A DNA stretch of 64,000 nt from an uncultured Spirochaetota bacterium (GCA_963827275.1 CAWHAA010000007.1:277020-341019); one strand, 5' to 3'. Shown: positions 39,380 through 51,084, counted from the first letter of the stretch. Translations and numbers: made by a program. The notes: a model not told the origin generated them from the letters alone.

Positions 39380-39779
39380 TCCACGAAAAACACAAAAAGC
39401 ACGCTTATATTCAAAGGGATGCCGAGTTGAAGATCGTACTCCGAAGGGTCATCGCCATTAAGTTAAGAAAAACAGCGTCATCTCGGCAGGGATTGCCGAG
39501 ATCCAGAAGCCAAGGAGGGTAATCTACGAACATATCCTCGTGTGCTGGATTCCGGCACAAATCTGTCTGGAACAGATTTGCATTAACCTAACGATCATGA
39601 AGATGCTTTCATCACCCAGAAAAATAAAAGTCAGTTGTGGGAGCGACGCCTACGTCGCGACTAAAGGTGTTCGCGCTAGTCGCGATGTAGGCGTCGCTCC
39701 CACGAAATGTGTTAACGACTTTTATGGTAAATCATTGACAGATGTTGACTTTTTTCGTGTCTTTCGTGATTTTCGTGGA
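39380..39779. repeat. Composite nested palindromic (REP/REPIN/MITE-like) repeat cluster
   Basis: Outer inverted repeats 39380-403/39756-79, hairpins 39480-502 and 39558-80, 27-bp inverted repeats 39637-63/39677-703. Confidence 0.8.
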
Positions 39780-39797
39780 TAATCCGGCGCATTTTCG

Positions 39798-42700
39798 ATG
39801 AATCCTTCCCGCCTGTTCATTCTGCGTCCGGTCGCTACCTCCCTGTTAATGCTGGCGCTGTTGCTGGTCGGCATCGTCGCCTACCGTGAACTGCCGGTTT
39901 CAGCCTTGCCCCAGGTTGACTACCCGACGATTCAGGTGGCTACCCTCTATCCCGGCGCCAGCCAGGAAGTCATGACGTCGTTGATCACCGCGCCCCTGGA
40001 GCGCCAACTCGGCCAGCTGCCCGGTTTAAACCAGATGTCCTCTTCCAGTTCGGGCGGCGCGTCGGTGATTACGCTTCAGTTCAACCTGAGCTTGAGTCTC
40101 GATATTGCCGAACAGGAAGTGCAGGCGGCCATCAACGCCGCCAACAATTACCTGCCCAACGATCTGCCGATGCCGCCGATCTACAGCAAAATCAACCCTG
40201 CCGATGCCCCGGTCCTGACCCTCGCAATCAGTTCGAAGACACTGCCTTTGCCCAAGGTCGAAGACCTGGTGGATACCCGATTGGCGCAAAAACTGTCGCA
40301 ATTGTCAGGCGTGGGTCTGGTCACTATCAGCGGCGGTCAACGGCCGGCCATCCGCATCCAGGCCAATCCGAGCGGCACTGGCGGCTTACGGTTTAAGTCT
40401 GGAAGATCTGCGCACAGCGATAGCCGACGCCAATGTCAATCAGCCGAAAGGCATGTTCGATGGCCCCACCCGCGCGGCGATTATCGACGCCAATGACCAG
40501 CTTCGCTCAGCCGCGGAGTACCAGGCGCTTATCGTCGCCTACCGTAATGGCAGTCCGGTGCGCCTGGCGGATGTCGCCGAGGCCAGGGACGATGCCGAGA
40601 ACGTGAGACTCGCTGCCTGGGCGAATGGGACAGCGGCCGTGATTGTCAATATTCAGCGGCAGCCGGGCACCAATGTGATCGACGTTGTCGACCGCATCAA
40701 GCACCTGCTGCCCAAGTTGCAGGAAGCGTTGCCAAACGATCTTGATGTGGCCGTGTTGACGGATCGCACGATGTACGATCCGCGCCTCGGTGCGAGACGT
40801 GCAAACCGAGCTCTTGACCGCGCTGGCGCTCGTGGTGCTGGTTATTTTCCTGTTTCTGCGCAATGTGTTTGCGACCGCTATTCCGGGCATTGTCGTGCCG
40901 CTGTCGCTGGTGGGTACCTTCGCGGTCATGTACCTGGCAGGGTTCAGCATCAACAACCTGACCCTGATGGCGCTGACCATTGCCGCTGGCTTCGTGGTCG
41001 ATGATGCCATCGTCGTGATCGAAAATATCAGCCGCTATCTCGAACAGGGCGAATCCCCTTTGAATGCGGCGCTCAAGGGCTCGGAACAAATTGCCTTCAC
41101 CATTATCTCGCTGACGTTCTCACTGGTGGCCGTGCTGATCCCGTTATTATTCATGGGGGACGTGGTCGGGCGCTTGTTCCGCGAATTTGCCATCACCCTG
41201 GCCGTGGCCATTCTTATCTCCGCCGTCATTTCACTGACCCTGACGCCGATGATGTGCGCGAAAATGCTGCGTCCGCTTTCCGAACAGCGAAAAGGCCGGT
41301 TTTATCTCGCCAGTGGACGGTTTTTCGACAGGGTCACCAACGGCTACGGCAAGATGCTCGACCGCGTTCTGGAGCATCAGCAAGCAACGCTGTGGGTGGC
41401 AGTGATGACTCTGGCGCTCACCGTGTTGTTGTACGTTGTCATCCCTAAAGGCTTCTTCCCGATCCAGGATACCGGCGTTATCCAGGGTATCTCTGAAGCC
41501 TCGCAAACCATTTCCTTTGCGGCCATGTCCGAGCGGCAGCAAGCCTTGAGCAAGGTCATTCTTGAGGATCCGGCCGTCGAGAGTGTGTCTTCGATTATAG
41601 GCGTAGACGGCACCAACCCCACGCTGAATGCCGGACGCTTGATGATTACGCTGAAGCCCTTGGCCGAACGCGGTATCAATATCACGGACGTTATTCACAG
41701 ACTGAAACCCAAACTTGATCAGGTGCAAGGCATCACGTTGTACCTTCAGCCGGTGCAAGATCTCACCATTGAAAATCGCGTCAGCCGCAGCCAGTACCAA
41801 TTGACGTTGGAATCCGCTGATCGTGAGGAACTGAGCCGCTGGACAACGCGTATGGTCGAGCAACTTGCAAAACAACCGCAATTCGCTGATGTGGCCAGTG
41901 ATCTTCAGGATCAGGGGCTGCAAGCGTTCGTGGCGATCGATCGCAGCACCGCAAGCCGCATGGGTATCAGCATTGCCGCAATAGATAACGCGCTTTACAA
42001 CGCGTTCGGGCAGCGGCTGGTGTCCACGATCTTTACCCAGTCCAACCAGTATCGCGTGGTACTCGAAGTGAAACCCGAATACCGCCGGGGTCCGGATGAT
42101 TTGAAAGCGATTCGGGTGGCTTCCTCGAATGGGACACAGGTGCCCTTATCGGCGATTGCCAGCGTGTCCGAACGGGTGGCCCCGCTCGTCAGCCATCATT
42201 TGGGACAATTTCCCTGCCGCCACCATTTCCTTTAACCTGGCCCCCGGCGCTTCCCTCGGTGCAGCGATTGACGCGATCGAAGAGATCAAAGGGCAGATAG
42301 ACCTGCCTCCGGGCATTCAGGCCAGTTATCAGGGCGCCACGCTGGCCTTTAGCGCGTCACTGTCGGGCACGCTGTGGCTGATTCTTGCGGCTATCGTAAC
42401 GGTGTATATCGTGCTGGGAGTGCTCTATGAAAGCTATATCCATCCGGTCACGATTCTGTCGACATTGCCTTCAGCCGGTGTCGGCGCGCTGCTTGCGCTC
42501 ATGCTCACAGGTAACGATCTGGGGATCATCGCCATTATCGGCATTATTCTGCTCATCGGCATCGTCAAGAAAAACGCCATCATGATGATCGATTTCGCCC
42601 TGGATGCGGAACGCAGGCAAGGCCTGCCGGCGCGGGAGGCCATTCGCCAGGCCTGTCTGCTGCGTTTTCGCCCGATCATGATGACGACAATGGCCGCATT

Positions 42701-42920
42701 GCTAAGCGCCCTGCCTTTGATGCTGGGCACGGGGGTGGGATCGGAACTGCGGCATCCTTTAGGGATTACGATGGTCGGCGGGTTGATTCTGAGCCAGTTG
42801 CTGACGTTGTTTACAACCCCGGTGATTTATCTGGCTTTCGACAGGCTGAGCCGGCGTCTGGCTGGGGCTCCTCATCGGGAGAGCCAATCCGGTCCTGATC
42901 CCGGCCAGGATAAGCCGTGA
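39798..42920 (+). CDS. mdtB: RND permease MdtB (three frameshifts)
   Basis: '[14 protein letters not shown]', 'GFVVDDAIV', '[13 protein letters not shown]', 'RFRPIMMTT', spread over four ORFs. Confidence 0.85.
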
Positions 42921-45900
42921 ACCTGTCGGCTTATTTTATCTACCGTCCGGTTGCGACCACGCTGCTCACCCTGGCGGTCACTCTGGCCGGCCTGATCGCT
43001 TTCTTCCAGTTGCCGGTAGCGCCTCTGCCCCAAGTCGATTTTCCGACCATTTCTGTACAGGCTTCGCTGCCGGGAGCCAGTCCCGAAATCATGAGCACGT
43101 CGGTGGCGACCCCGCTCGAGCGGGCCCTTGGGCATATTGCAGGCATCACGGAAATGACGTCCGCGAGCTCTACCGGCACGAGCAGCATCATCCTGCAATT
43201 TGATCTTGATCGCGACATCGATGGCGCCGCGCGGGATGTTCAGGCGGCGATCAACGCGGCAAATAACCTGTTGCCAGTCAACATGCCCAGCCGTCCCAGC
43301 TATCGCAAGGTCAATCCGGCCGACTCGCCGATCATGATTCTGGCGCTCACTTCGGAAACCCTGACCCGCGGTCAGCTTTACGATGCGGCCTCAACGATTC
43401 TTGCGCAAAAAATATCACAAATTCAGGGAATAGGGCAGGTGACTGTTGGCGGCAGTTCATTGCCGGCGGTCAGGATCGAGCTTAATCCTGTTGCCTTGGC
43501 TAAATACGGCATCGGTTTTGAAGACGTGCGCACTGCCATAGTAGCGACCAATGCCAACCGGCCCAAGGGCGCCCTGGAAGACGCCACGCAGCATTGGGAG
43601 ATCCATGCCAATGATCAAGCCAAAACGGCGAGCGATTATTTGCCGCTCATCATTAGCTATCGTAACGGCGCGGCCGTGCGCCTGTCCGATCTGGGCCAAG
43701 CCGTCGATTCGGTGGAGGACTTGAAATCCTCGGGACTCAAGGACGGCAAACCGTCGGTATTATTGATGCTGAACAAGCAGTCCGGCGCCAACATTATCGA
43801 AACAGTCGATAAAATAAAAGCGCTGTTACCGCAATTACAGGCGTCCATCCCGAGTGCAATTACGCTTTCGGTGGTCCTGGACCGCTCCAAAACAATCCGC
43901 GCTTCTCTTCACGAGGTTGAGCTCAGCCTTTTGCTTGCGGTTGTCTTGGTGATCCTGGTGGTCTTGGTGTTCCTGCGCAATCTGCGTTCGTCGATGATTC
44001 CTATCGTCACCGTACCCGTATCACTCATCGGCACTTTCGGCGTCATGTATTGTATGCCACTACAGTTTGGATAACCTGTCATTGATGGCGCTCACCATCG
44101 CCACCGGCTTTGTCGTGGATGATGCCATTGTCGTCCTGGAAAACACGTCGCGTTATATAGAGCAGGGTATTCCGCCACGGGAAGCTGCTTTGAAAGGCGC
44201 CGGCGAGGTTGGCTTTACGGTGCTGACCATGAGCCTGTCCCTTATTGCGGTGTTCATTCCCATCTTATTGATGGGCGGCATCGTTGGGCGTCTTTTCCAG
44301 GAATTTGCGGTCACGCTGTCGGCGGCCGTACTGGTTTCACTGGTCGTTTCGCTGACCACCACACCCATGCTTTGCGCCCTGTGGCTCAGGCCGGTGGAAA
44401 ACCGGCCACGCGGCCGGCTTTATGCTTTGACTGAGCAGTTTACCCAGCACTGGGTCGCAGGCTACCAACGCTCGCTGCACTGGGCGCTTCGCCATGGACC
44501 GCTGGTGATGTTGCTTCTGCTATGTACGATAGGCTTAAACTTCTATCTCTATTCGATCGTACCCAAAGGCTTTTTCCCTGTGCAGGATACCGGCAGACTG
44601 TCGGGAGTTATTCAGGCGGATCAGCGTATTTCGTCGCAGGCTATGAAACAGAAGCTGGCCGATTTTGTCGATGTGATGCGTCAGGATACCGAGGTCGAGA
44701 CCGTGATCGGCTTCACCGGCGGGTCGCGAGGCATGAACAGCGGCATCATGTTCGCGACCCTCAAGCCGCTGGAGGAACGCAAACTGACGGTCAATCAGCT
44801 CATGGAGCGTCTGCGCGACAAGCTTGAGAATGAGCCGGGCGCACAATTGATATTGCAACCGCCCCAGGATCTGCGTATCGGCGCGCGCGGGTCGTCGGCC
44901 ATGTTTGAATACGCCTTGCAAGCGGATAACCTTCCGGAGCTTCGAACCTGGATACCCCGGATTGTCAAAGCCTTGTCTCAACGCCCTGAACTGGCGGATG
45001 TGAATACCAACCAGCAGGATAAAGGGCAGCAAATCGCTCTCCAGGTGGACCGGGATTTGGCTGCCAGATTGGGCGTCAGTCAAGCGCTTATTGATGCCAC
45101 ACTGAATAATGCCTTCGGACAAAGGCAGGTGTCCGTGATTTACAACCCGCTCAATCAATATCACGTGATCATGGAAGTGGCGCCCGAGTATTCGCAAAGT
45201 CAGGAAGCCTTAAAGTACATCTATGTCAGCGTCCCGTCCGGCGGGCAAGTGCCGCTGTCTGCTTTTGCGAGCTACGGTGTGGTCAATACGCCGTTGTCCG
45301 TCAATCATCAAAGCCAGTTTCCAGCGGGCACCATTTCTTTCAATCTTAAACCAGGCGCTTCGCTTTCAGACGCAACCAGGGTCATAGCCGAAACCATGAA
45401 CGACCTGGGCGTGCCTGCTTCGATACACGGCAGTTTTCAGGGTACGGCCAAGGCCTTTAAAGAGTCCCTGAGCAATCAACCCTGGCTGATTCTGGCGGCG
45501 ATAATCTCGATTTATATCGTCCTGGGGGTGCTATACGAAAGTTACATCCATCCGTTGACCATTCTTTCCACCTTGCCTTCCGCCGGCGTTGGCGCGATCC
45601 TGGCGCTACTTGTTTGCGAAACGGACTTCAGTATCATCGCCATGATTGGCGTGATCCTGCTGATCGGCATCGTCAAAAAGAACGCGATCATGATGATAGA
45701 TTTTGCCTTAAATGCAGAGCGGACACTTGGCATGAGCCCGGATGAGGCGATTTTTACAGCCTGTTTGATGCGTTTCAGGCCGATTATGATGACCACTTTT
45801 GCAGCCTTGCTGGCGGCATTGCCTCTTGCCCTCGGGACCGGTTACGGAGCGGAATTGCGCCGTCCTTTAGGCATCGCCATCGTCGGCGGCTTGCTGCTGA

Positions 45901-46010
45901 GTCAAATACTCACGCTGTACACGACCCCCGTCATTTATCTCTATCTGGACCGCTTTCAGTCATGGTGCCATCGCGTCCTTTGCGGAAAAAGGTTGAAGAA
46001 ACTATATTAG
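42917..46010 (+). CDS. mdtC: RND permease MdtC (frameshift near 44050-44066)
   Basis: '[11 protein letters not shown]' and the same RND motifs; follows mdtB with a GTGA overlap. Confidence 0.85.
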
Positions 46011-46025
46011 CGTAAAGCAAAATAT

Positions 46026-46058
46026 CCCCTCTCCAGCGGGAGGGTAGAGTGAGGGGGG
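46026..46058 (+). repeat. Degenerate CCCTCTCC-family palindromic repeat
   Basis: cccctctccagcgggagggtagagtgagggggg resembles the IS target and 61601-32. Confidence 0.55.
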
Positions 46059-46230
46059 CTTTAAACAAGGCAAAAGGTACGTACGGCGTACCTTAAAATA
46101 AATTCCAAAAACCGAAAACTTGACCGTTTAAGTATAACTTAACTTTATCTGGATAATTTTCGATATTGATTTTTAATCCTGATGGCCTTATATCGACGAC
46201 AATTAAACTTTAAAAGAAAAGCTGATTAAT

Positions 46231-46668
46231 ATGAGTACACTGCATATTGTTTGTCCCTCCTGCCAGGCCGTGAACCGGATTCCCTCAGAGCGTTTGGCGC
46301 AACATCCCCGTTGCGGCAAGTGTAAGGAGGCTTTATTTACCGGGCATCCGCTGGAATTAACGGCGCGTGATTTTCAACAACACATAGGACGTAACGATAT
46401 TCCGGTTGTAGTCGATTTCTGGGCGGCGTGGTGTGGCCCTTGCAAAATGATGGCTCCGGCGTATGCCCAGGCCGCTGTTAAACTGGAACCGCGAGTGCGT
46501 CTGGCCAAACTTAATACTGAGCAGGAACAAGGCATTGCTGCTCAATTTAACATTCGCAGCATTCCTACCCTGATACTATTCAAGGCCGGCCGTGAGATTG
46601 CCCGCCAAGCCGGTGCCATGAGTGCGGCAGATATTGTTCGCTGGATAAGCGGTCATATTGAGTCATAA
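46231..46668 (+). CDS. trxC: Thioredoxin 2 with N-terminal zinc finger
   Basis: CPSC...CGKC plus WCGPC. Confidence 0.93.
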   Translation: MSTLHIVCPSCQAVNRIPSERLAQHPRCGKCKEALFTGHPLELTARDFQQHIGRNDIPVVVDFWAAWCGPCKMMAPAYAQAAVKLEPRVRLAKLNTEQEQGIAAQFNIRSIPTLILFKAGREIARQAGAMSAADIVRWISGHIES

Positions 46669-46800
46669 CCCAACATTATTGCCAAACTTAAATGCAGCAA
46701 ACTTTTAAACGCCATTTCGTCAACAGTAACTAATTTTTTCAGACAAACGCGTTATAAATCTATATCATAGCCGCTTTTTTAACACGAAAAAGGTTTTATC

Positions 46801-47280
46801 ATGCAAGTAGCTGACAATATGGCTGTTTCAATACACTATACCCTGACTAATGATGACGGCGAGGTACTGGATAGCTCAATAGGGGATGATGCGTTAGTTT
46901 ACCTACATGGTAGGGAAAATATTATTTCCGGCCTGGAAAACGCTTTGGATGGCAAAACTGTCGGTGACAAGTTTAGTGTGCGCATTGCTCCGGAAGATGC
47001 TTATGGCGAGCTGATGGAAGAAATGATCCAGGTTATTTCACGGGATATGTTTGAAGGCATTGATAATATTGAAGTCGGCATGCAGTTTCATGCGGATGTA
47101 AGTTCCGGTTCAGGTGTGGTAACAGTGGTTAATATTGAGGATGACGATATTACAATTGATGGTAATCATCCGTTAGCAGGACTTGCATTAACCTTTGATG
47201 TAGAAGTTATAGATATTAGACCTGCAACTGAAGATGAAGCGGCTCATGGCCATATTCATGGTGCCGGTTGTCACCATTAG
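46801..47280 (+). CDS. slyD: FKBP-type peptidyl-prolyl isomerase SlyD
   Basis: 'YLHG.ENIISGLE', 'DGNHPLAG..LTFDVEV', His/Cys tail. Confidence 0.92.
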   Translation: MQVADNMAVSIHYTLTNDDGEVLDSSIGDDALVYLHGRENIISGLENALDGKTVGDKFSVRIAPEDAYGELMEEMIQVISRDMFEGIDNIEVGMQFHADVSSGSGVVTVVNIEDDDITIDGNHPLAGLALTFDVEVIDIRPATEDEAAHGHIHGAGCHH

Positions 47281-47322
47281 GAACGTGCATGAAAAAAGAC
47301 CGTCATCGGACAGTCTCCTATG

Positions 47323-47339
47323 CGTCAAGAAATTTTACA
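47323..47339 (+). promoter_or_regulatory. Enhancer-like box, copy 1 (CGT-N11-ACA)
   Basis: cgtcaagaaattttaca; IHF-consensus site aatcagtcagtta at 47359-71. Confidence 0.6.
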
Positions 47340-47485
47340 GTTCGTATATAGGCAAACTAATCAGTCAGTTAGCATCATTTAAAGATGTTGCGAGAAAATT
47401 ATAAGAAATATCCACGTGAAGCCCCTTTAAAATTGCTACTTTTATAGTGATTGACCGGCAGCGAAACCGTCTTGTGGACGCAAAG

Positions 47486-47502
47486 TGTCAGGAAATTTTA
47501 CA
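47486..47502 (+). promoter_or_regulatory. Enhancer-like box, copy 2 (TGT-N11-ACA)
   Basis: tgtcaggaaattttaca; IHF-like aatcaaccagtca at 47522-34. Confidence 0.65.
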
Positions 47503-47572
47503 GTTTCTGAAGTGATAAGTGAATCAACCAGTCAGGTGTCGATTCAATCGATTTCGATGGATAGACAGGTAT

Positions 47573-47615
47573 AAAAAAACCGCCAAGTCCTTGTAAAACT
47601 GGGCGGTTTTTTTTT
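47573..47615. terminator. Bidirectional intrinsic terminator
   Basis: A7-ccgccaagt-loop-actgggcgg-T9. Confidence 0.75.
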
Positions 47616-47722
47616 GAATGGTTACAGAAGACTGCTCAATTTAAAATCAATCAAAACTGGCCGTTCTTTCTACCTCTATTCACAATCAATTACGTCCCAA
47701 AATTTAAATCAGGAGAATAAGA

Positions 47723-48934
47723 ATGCTTCAGCACACAAAACCTCGAATACTCTTTGTTTCAGAATCAGTCACTTTGGCTCATTTTGCCCGCCCATTTGAA
47801 CTAAGTAACACGCTTTCTGAAAACAACTACGATATTCATTTTGCCTGCGACAGCATCTATCAACAATTTCTAAATGCCTCAAAGCACACCTTGCATGCAA
47901 TCAAGTCCATTTCTTCTGAACAATTCAAACAGGCATTAGCTAAAGGCAGCCCTTTGTATGATTATGCTACGCTGAAAAGTTATACCGAAGAGGATTTAGC
48001 GTTAATTGATACCGTTAAACCAGACCTGATTGTTGGTGATTTCCGTATCTCTCTTGCCGTAAGCGCCAGAATTGCGAAAATTCCCTACGCAACTATCAGT
48101 AATGCTTATTGGAGCCCCTATGCGCCAATGCAGTATCCGGCGCCGTGCCTTCCCCTAACCAGGTATCTGGGTGTGACTGCAGGAAGCTTTTTATTCAGGA
48201 TGGCAGCCCCTGTTGCCTTTAAACTCCATGCAATGGCCATGGGCCGTCTAAACAGACATTATGGCTTACCTAAAATGGAACTTGATCTAAGGCGGGTATA
48301 CACAGAGGCTGATTACACCTTGTATGCAGATATTCCCTCGCTTTTCCCTCTCAATAATCCACCGGATAATCATTTTTTTATCGGCCCTGTTCTCTGGTCA
48401 CCGCCCGTAAACGAGCCGGATTGGTGGAGGCAGTTGCCAACGGACCGCCCCGTCATCTATGTGTCCATGGGCAGTTCAGGGTCGCAACTGGCGTTACAAA
48501 AGGTTTTAAATGCACTTAACAGGGAAGAGGTTAGCGTTATAGCTTCTGGAGCGGGAGTAAACGTCTCGTTGCCCCAGGTGTCGAATGTTTTTACAGCGGA
48601 TTATCTGGATGGTAACGCCGCAGCTAAGCGTGCAGATCTGGTGATTTGCAATGGCGGAAGCCTTACCAGCCAACAGGCTTTTGCATACGGCAAACCTGTT
48701 TTAGGCATCGCTGCAAATATGGATCAATTTTTGAATATGGCCGGTGTTAGCCGCGCTAATGCCGGTTTGGTATTGCGCTCGGATAACTTAACAGAAACCA
48801 CGATCTTGGATGCTTATAACGCTATCTTGAATAATTCATCCATGGCCAGAAGTGTAGAAAACCTGCAAAAGGAAACCGGGCGCTTGTCAGAGCAAAAGCT
48901 ATTTGTCCGATTTGTTTCTTCTTTGCTGAGTTAA
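47723..48934 (+). CDS. GT-B glycosyltransferase (GT1/MGT-like)
   Basis: 'VTLAHFAR', 'PDLIVGDFR', 'IYVSMGSSG', 'DLVICNGG', 'NMDQ'; RBS AGGAG. Confidence 0.85.
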   Translation: MLQHTKPRILFVSESVTLAHFARPFELSNTLSENNYDIHFACDSIYQQFLNASKHTLHAIKSISSEQFKQALAKGSPLYDYATLKSYTEEDLALIDTVKPDLIVGDFRISLAVSARIAKIPYATISNAYWSPYAPMQYPAPCLPLTRYLGVTAGSFLFRMAAPVAFKLHAMAMGRLNRHYGLPKMELDLRRVYTEADYTLYADIPSLFPLNNPPDNHFFIGPVLWSPPVNEPDWWRQLPTDRPVIYVSMGSSGSQLALQKVLNALNREEVSVIASGAGVNVSLPQVSNVFTADYLDGNAAAKRADLVICNGGSLTSQQAFAYGKPVLGIAANMDQFLNMAGVSRANAGLVLRSDNLTETTILDAYNAILNNSSMARSVENLQKETGRLSEQKLFVRFVSSLLS

Positions 48935-49055
48935 TGTAAGCGCCGTTGAGCTGACGCATGCCTTTGAGCAAGGTTACCTTCCTGAGTCCTTTGACTAAAT
49001 TCAGAAGAGCCTTGTCGATTAATTCGCTGAAATTATAATGAACACGTTCCTATGA

Positions 49056-49072
49056 TGTCAGGAAATTTTACA
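49056..49072 (+). promoter_or_regulatory. Enhancer-like box, copy 3
   Basis: tgtcaggaaattttaca, identical to copy 2. Confidence 0.65.
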
Positions 49073-49076
49073 GTTG

Positions 49077-49221
49077 CGTAAGTTGAGTTAGGCATTAGCC
49101 GTAACCCAACACTTCGGGGCGACAAACGTTACCGTGAAGTACATCTTTCATTACTTGGGGTGCTTGGGGTGATAACCTGTTTTGATGATCGTTGGGTTGT
49201 GCGCTGCTTAACCTTACTACG
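49077..49221. repeat. Degenerate REP doublet (GTAGGTTGGGTTA...TAACCCAAC type)
   Basis: cgtaagttgagttaggcattagccgtaacccaac and cgttgggttgtgcgctgcttaaccttactacg. Confidence 0.5.
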
Positions 49222-49314
49222 AACTGGCGCGGAAGTAAGTGTCTTCTGCCAGAGGCGTCGATAGGGCAGGAATTTGGATCAATTTAAAACAAACCGAGCC
49301 TGACCAATTAATTT

Positions 49315-49554
49315 TTAAGGTAAATATTTGAGAACAGCGAGTACTATGCCACCCACTGTGAGCGTGGCAGCAAATGAGCAGATCATAAAGCAGTCGATCC
49401 GAGTGGTCAGTGTTTCAAAACGTTTATCCATCTCTTCACGCATCAAATCGAAACGCATATCCATGTCTTCGTTCAGGACTTTCATATCCTCGCGTATTTC
49501 AATATCCAAATATGCGAAGTGGTTGGTTTGGGCTTTGAGCACCAACACCATCAT
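49315..49554 (-). pseudogene. Short coiled-coil + C-terminal TM protein (DUF1640-like), probably a remnant
   Basis: 'MDMRFDLMREEMDKRFE' heptads followed by a hydrophobic tail; no convincing N-terminus. Confidence 0.45.
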
Positions 49555-49743
49555 TTCTTCCGGGGTAATGGCTTTGCCGTCGGCTAGTAATTCATTGCAC
49601 GTTGGGCCTGATTATCCAGACATTGTCCCAAAAATTGGTCGTCAAACATATTCTTTCAACTTAACGGTCTTTGCTGTTGGTCCATTGGATTAGACATTTA
49701 CCATAAAGCAAAAGGACGTAATCGGCCTTGTCACCTTTCAAAG

Positions 49744-49760
49744 TGTCAGGATTTTTTACG
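49744..49760 (+). promoter_or_regulatory. Enhancer-like box, copy 4 (TGT-N11-ACG)
   Basis: tgtcaggattttttacg. Confidence 0.55.
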
Positions 49761-49936
49761 GTATTTTGCGAGAAAAAATGATTTAGCGACTTAAAATCAC
49801 CTCAGCTCTTTGGGACTAAAGGACTGAGCAGTATAGGTTGAGCTAAGCGTTAGACATATCCCAGCAGCTCCACCACCGCGAATGGTCAATGTTATTTTGC
49901 AAGACCTGCCCCGTTTTTCCTACCGGGCTTTTAATG

Positions 49937-50044
49937 TGTCGGATAATTTTACACATTGTATTCTTAAATATTCTTAAAATACCCCAAGAAGAATATTAAC
50001 TAATTGATAATATTGTATATATATATTATGGCACATCTTGTGCT
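49937..50044 (+). promoter_or_regulatory. sigma54 promoter module of the PEP-CTERM gene: enhancer, IHF site and -24/-12
   Basis: tgtcggataattttaca (49937-53); IHF consensus tatcaattagtta on the minus strand (49997-50009); TGGCAC-atctt-GTGCT (50029-44, GG-N10-GC). Confidence 0.85.
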
Positions 50045-50106
50045 AATATACTAATCAGTCATTAGGCATAACTTGTGACTAATTTTTTTCTTTAAGGGGT
50101 AATGTC

Positions 50107-51084
50107 ATGAAATACAATAAAACTTTACTTGTCGTAGCGTTGACTGCGACGCTGGGTGCGGCATCATCAGCCCACGCGATAACATTTAACACTGTCCCTG
50201 TAGGTGGGGCTGTGATCAATGATGCAGCTACGTTTGACTGGTCACCTAACAGTGCCATTGCTGTAGGTGGCGTAAACGCAGCCGTAAATGATACATTTCA
50301 ATTGTTATCACAAGGTAGCTTAACTAACTTCGTAAATAGTACCAATAATGTTATCCTTGCGAATGGTGGGCTCAATTCCAACTACGAAATCACATTTGTG
50401 ACCAGCTTCCAAGAAAAAGTATTGGCTACCTCTGGTTTTCCAGGTGCACAAACGTTTGGAACCACTGGTGTAAGCTCACCCACAGTTCCCAATTTTTTTG
50501 AAATCTATGCTGATTCCAATGTGGATTCAAATCCCCTGACGGGTACAGGTTACAATAATGGAGTGTTAATCGCTACAGGGACAATCCAAGCGGGAGGCAT
50601 CGGTGCTTTTGTTACAGCTTACACCGCCGGAACAGTTCTGGATCAATTCGGCTCTGATAATTATCCTGGTGTTACCTCAGTTGGACCAGGTTCCGGCGGC
50701 AGCACATTCGGGGTAAATGTTGCATTTGGTAGTTACGATCCTACCTATTTTCCAAATGGAATAGGCACTTTGCATTGGGACTTCAACACTTCACAAATTT
50801 TACCGTACAATCAGGTTGATCCATCAGCATTATTTGTTGCTGCCTCTAACATCACCGGGTTAGGTACTGCAGGCCCAGATCCCTTAATACCGGCCAATGG
50901 TCAAGCTGGCGTATCTAGTGTTGGCCCAGTAAACGGCATAGACGATTCGGGTAACCGTGCAAATATCATCTTTCAAGTTGATGCAAACTCTGCGCCTAAA
51001 CTTACACAAGTCCCAGAACCGACTATGCTTTCTCTTATGGGTTTGAGCTTACTAGGGCTAGGTTATATTCGTCGCCGTAAATAA
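50107..51084 (+). CDS. PEP-CTERM exosortase substrate, similar to flocculation-associated PepA
   Basis: Signal peptide; C-terminal VPEP-TM-RRRK; 'FDWSP', 'YEITFV..FQE', 'FFEIY.D....NPLTGTGY..G'. Confidence 0.9.
   Translation: MKYNKTLLVVALTATLGAASSAHAITFNTVPVGGAVINDAATFDWSPNSAIAVGGVNAAVNDTFQLLSQGSLTNFVNSTNNVILANGGLNSNYEITFVTSFQEKVLATSGFPGAQTFGTTGVSSPTVPNFFEIYADSNVDSNPLTGTGYNNGVLIATGTIQAGGIGAFVTAYTAGTVLDQFGSDNYPGVTSVGPGSGGSTFGVNVAFGSYDPTYFPNGIGTLHWDFNTSQILPYNQVDPSALFVAASNITGLGTAGPDPLIPANGQAGVSSVGPVNGIDDSGNRANIIFQVDANSAPKLTQVPEPTMLSLMGLSLLGLGYIRRRK

Noticed and set aside
47455..47492. c-di-GMP-I riboswitch-like text (gcgaaacc...ggacgcaaag)
   Set aside because: The GNRA-capped stem and the second hairpin are missing, and the 3' part is the enhancer box.
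47657..47674. sigma54 promoter for the glycosyltransferase (ctggccgttctttcta)
   Set aside because: There is no GC at the -12 position.
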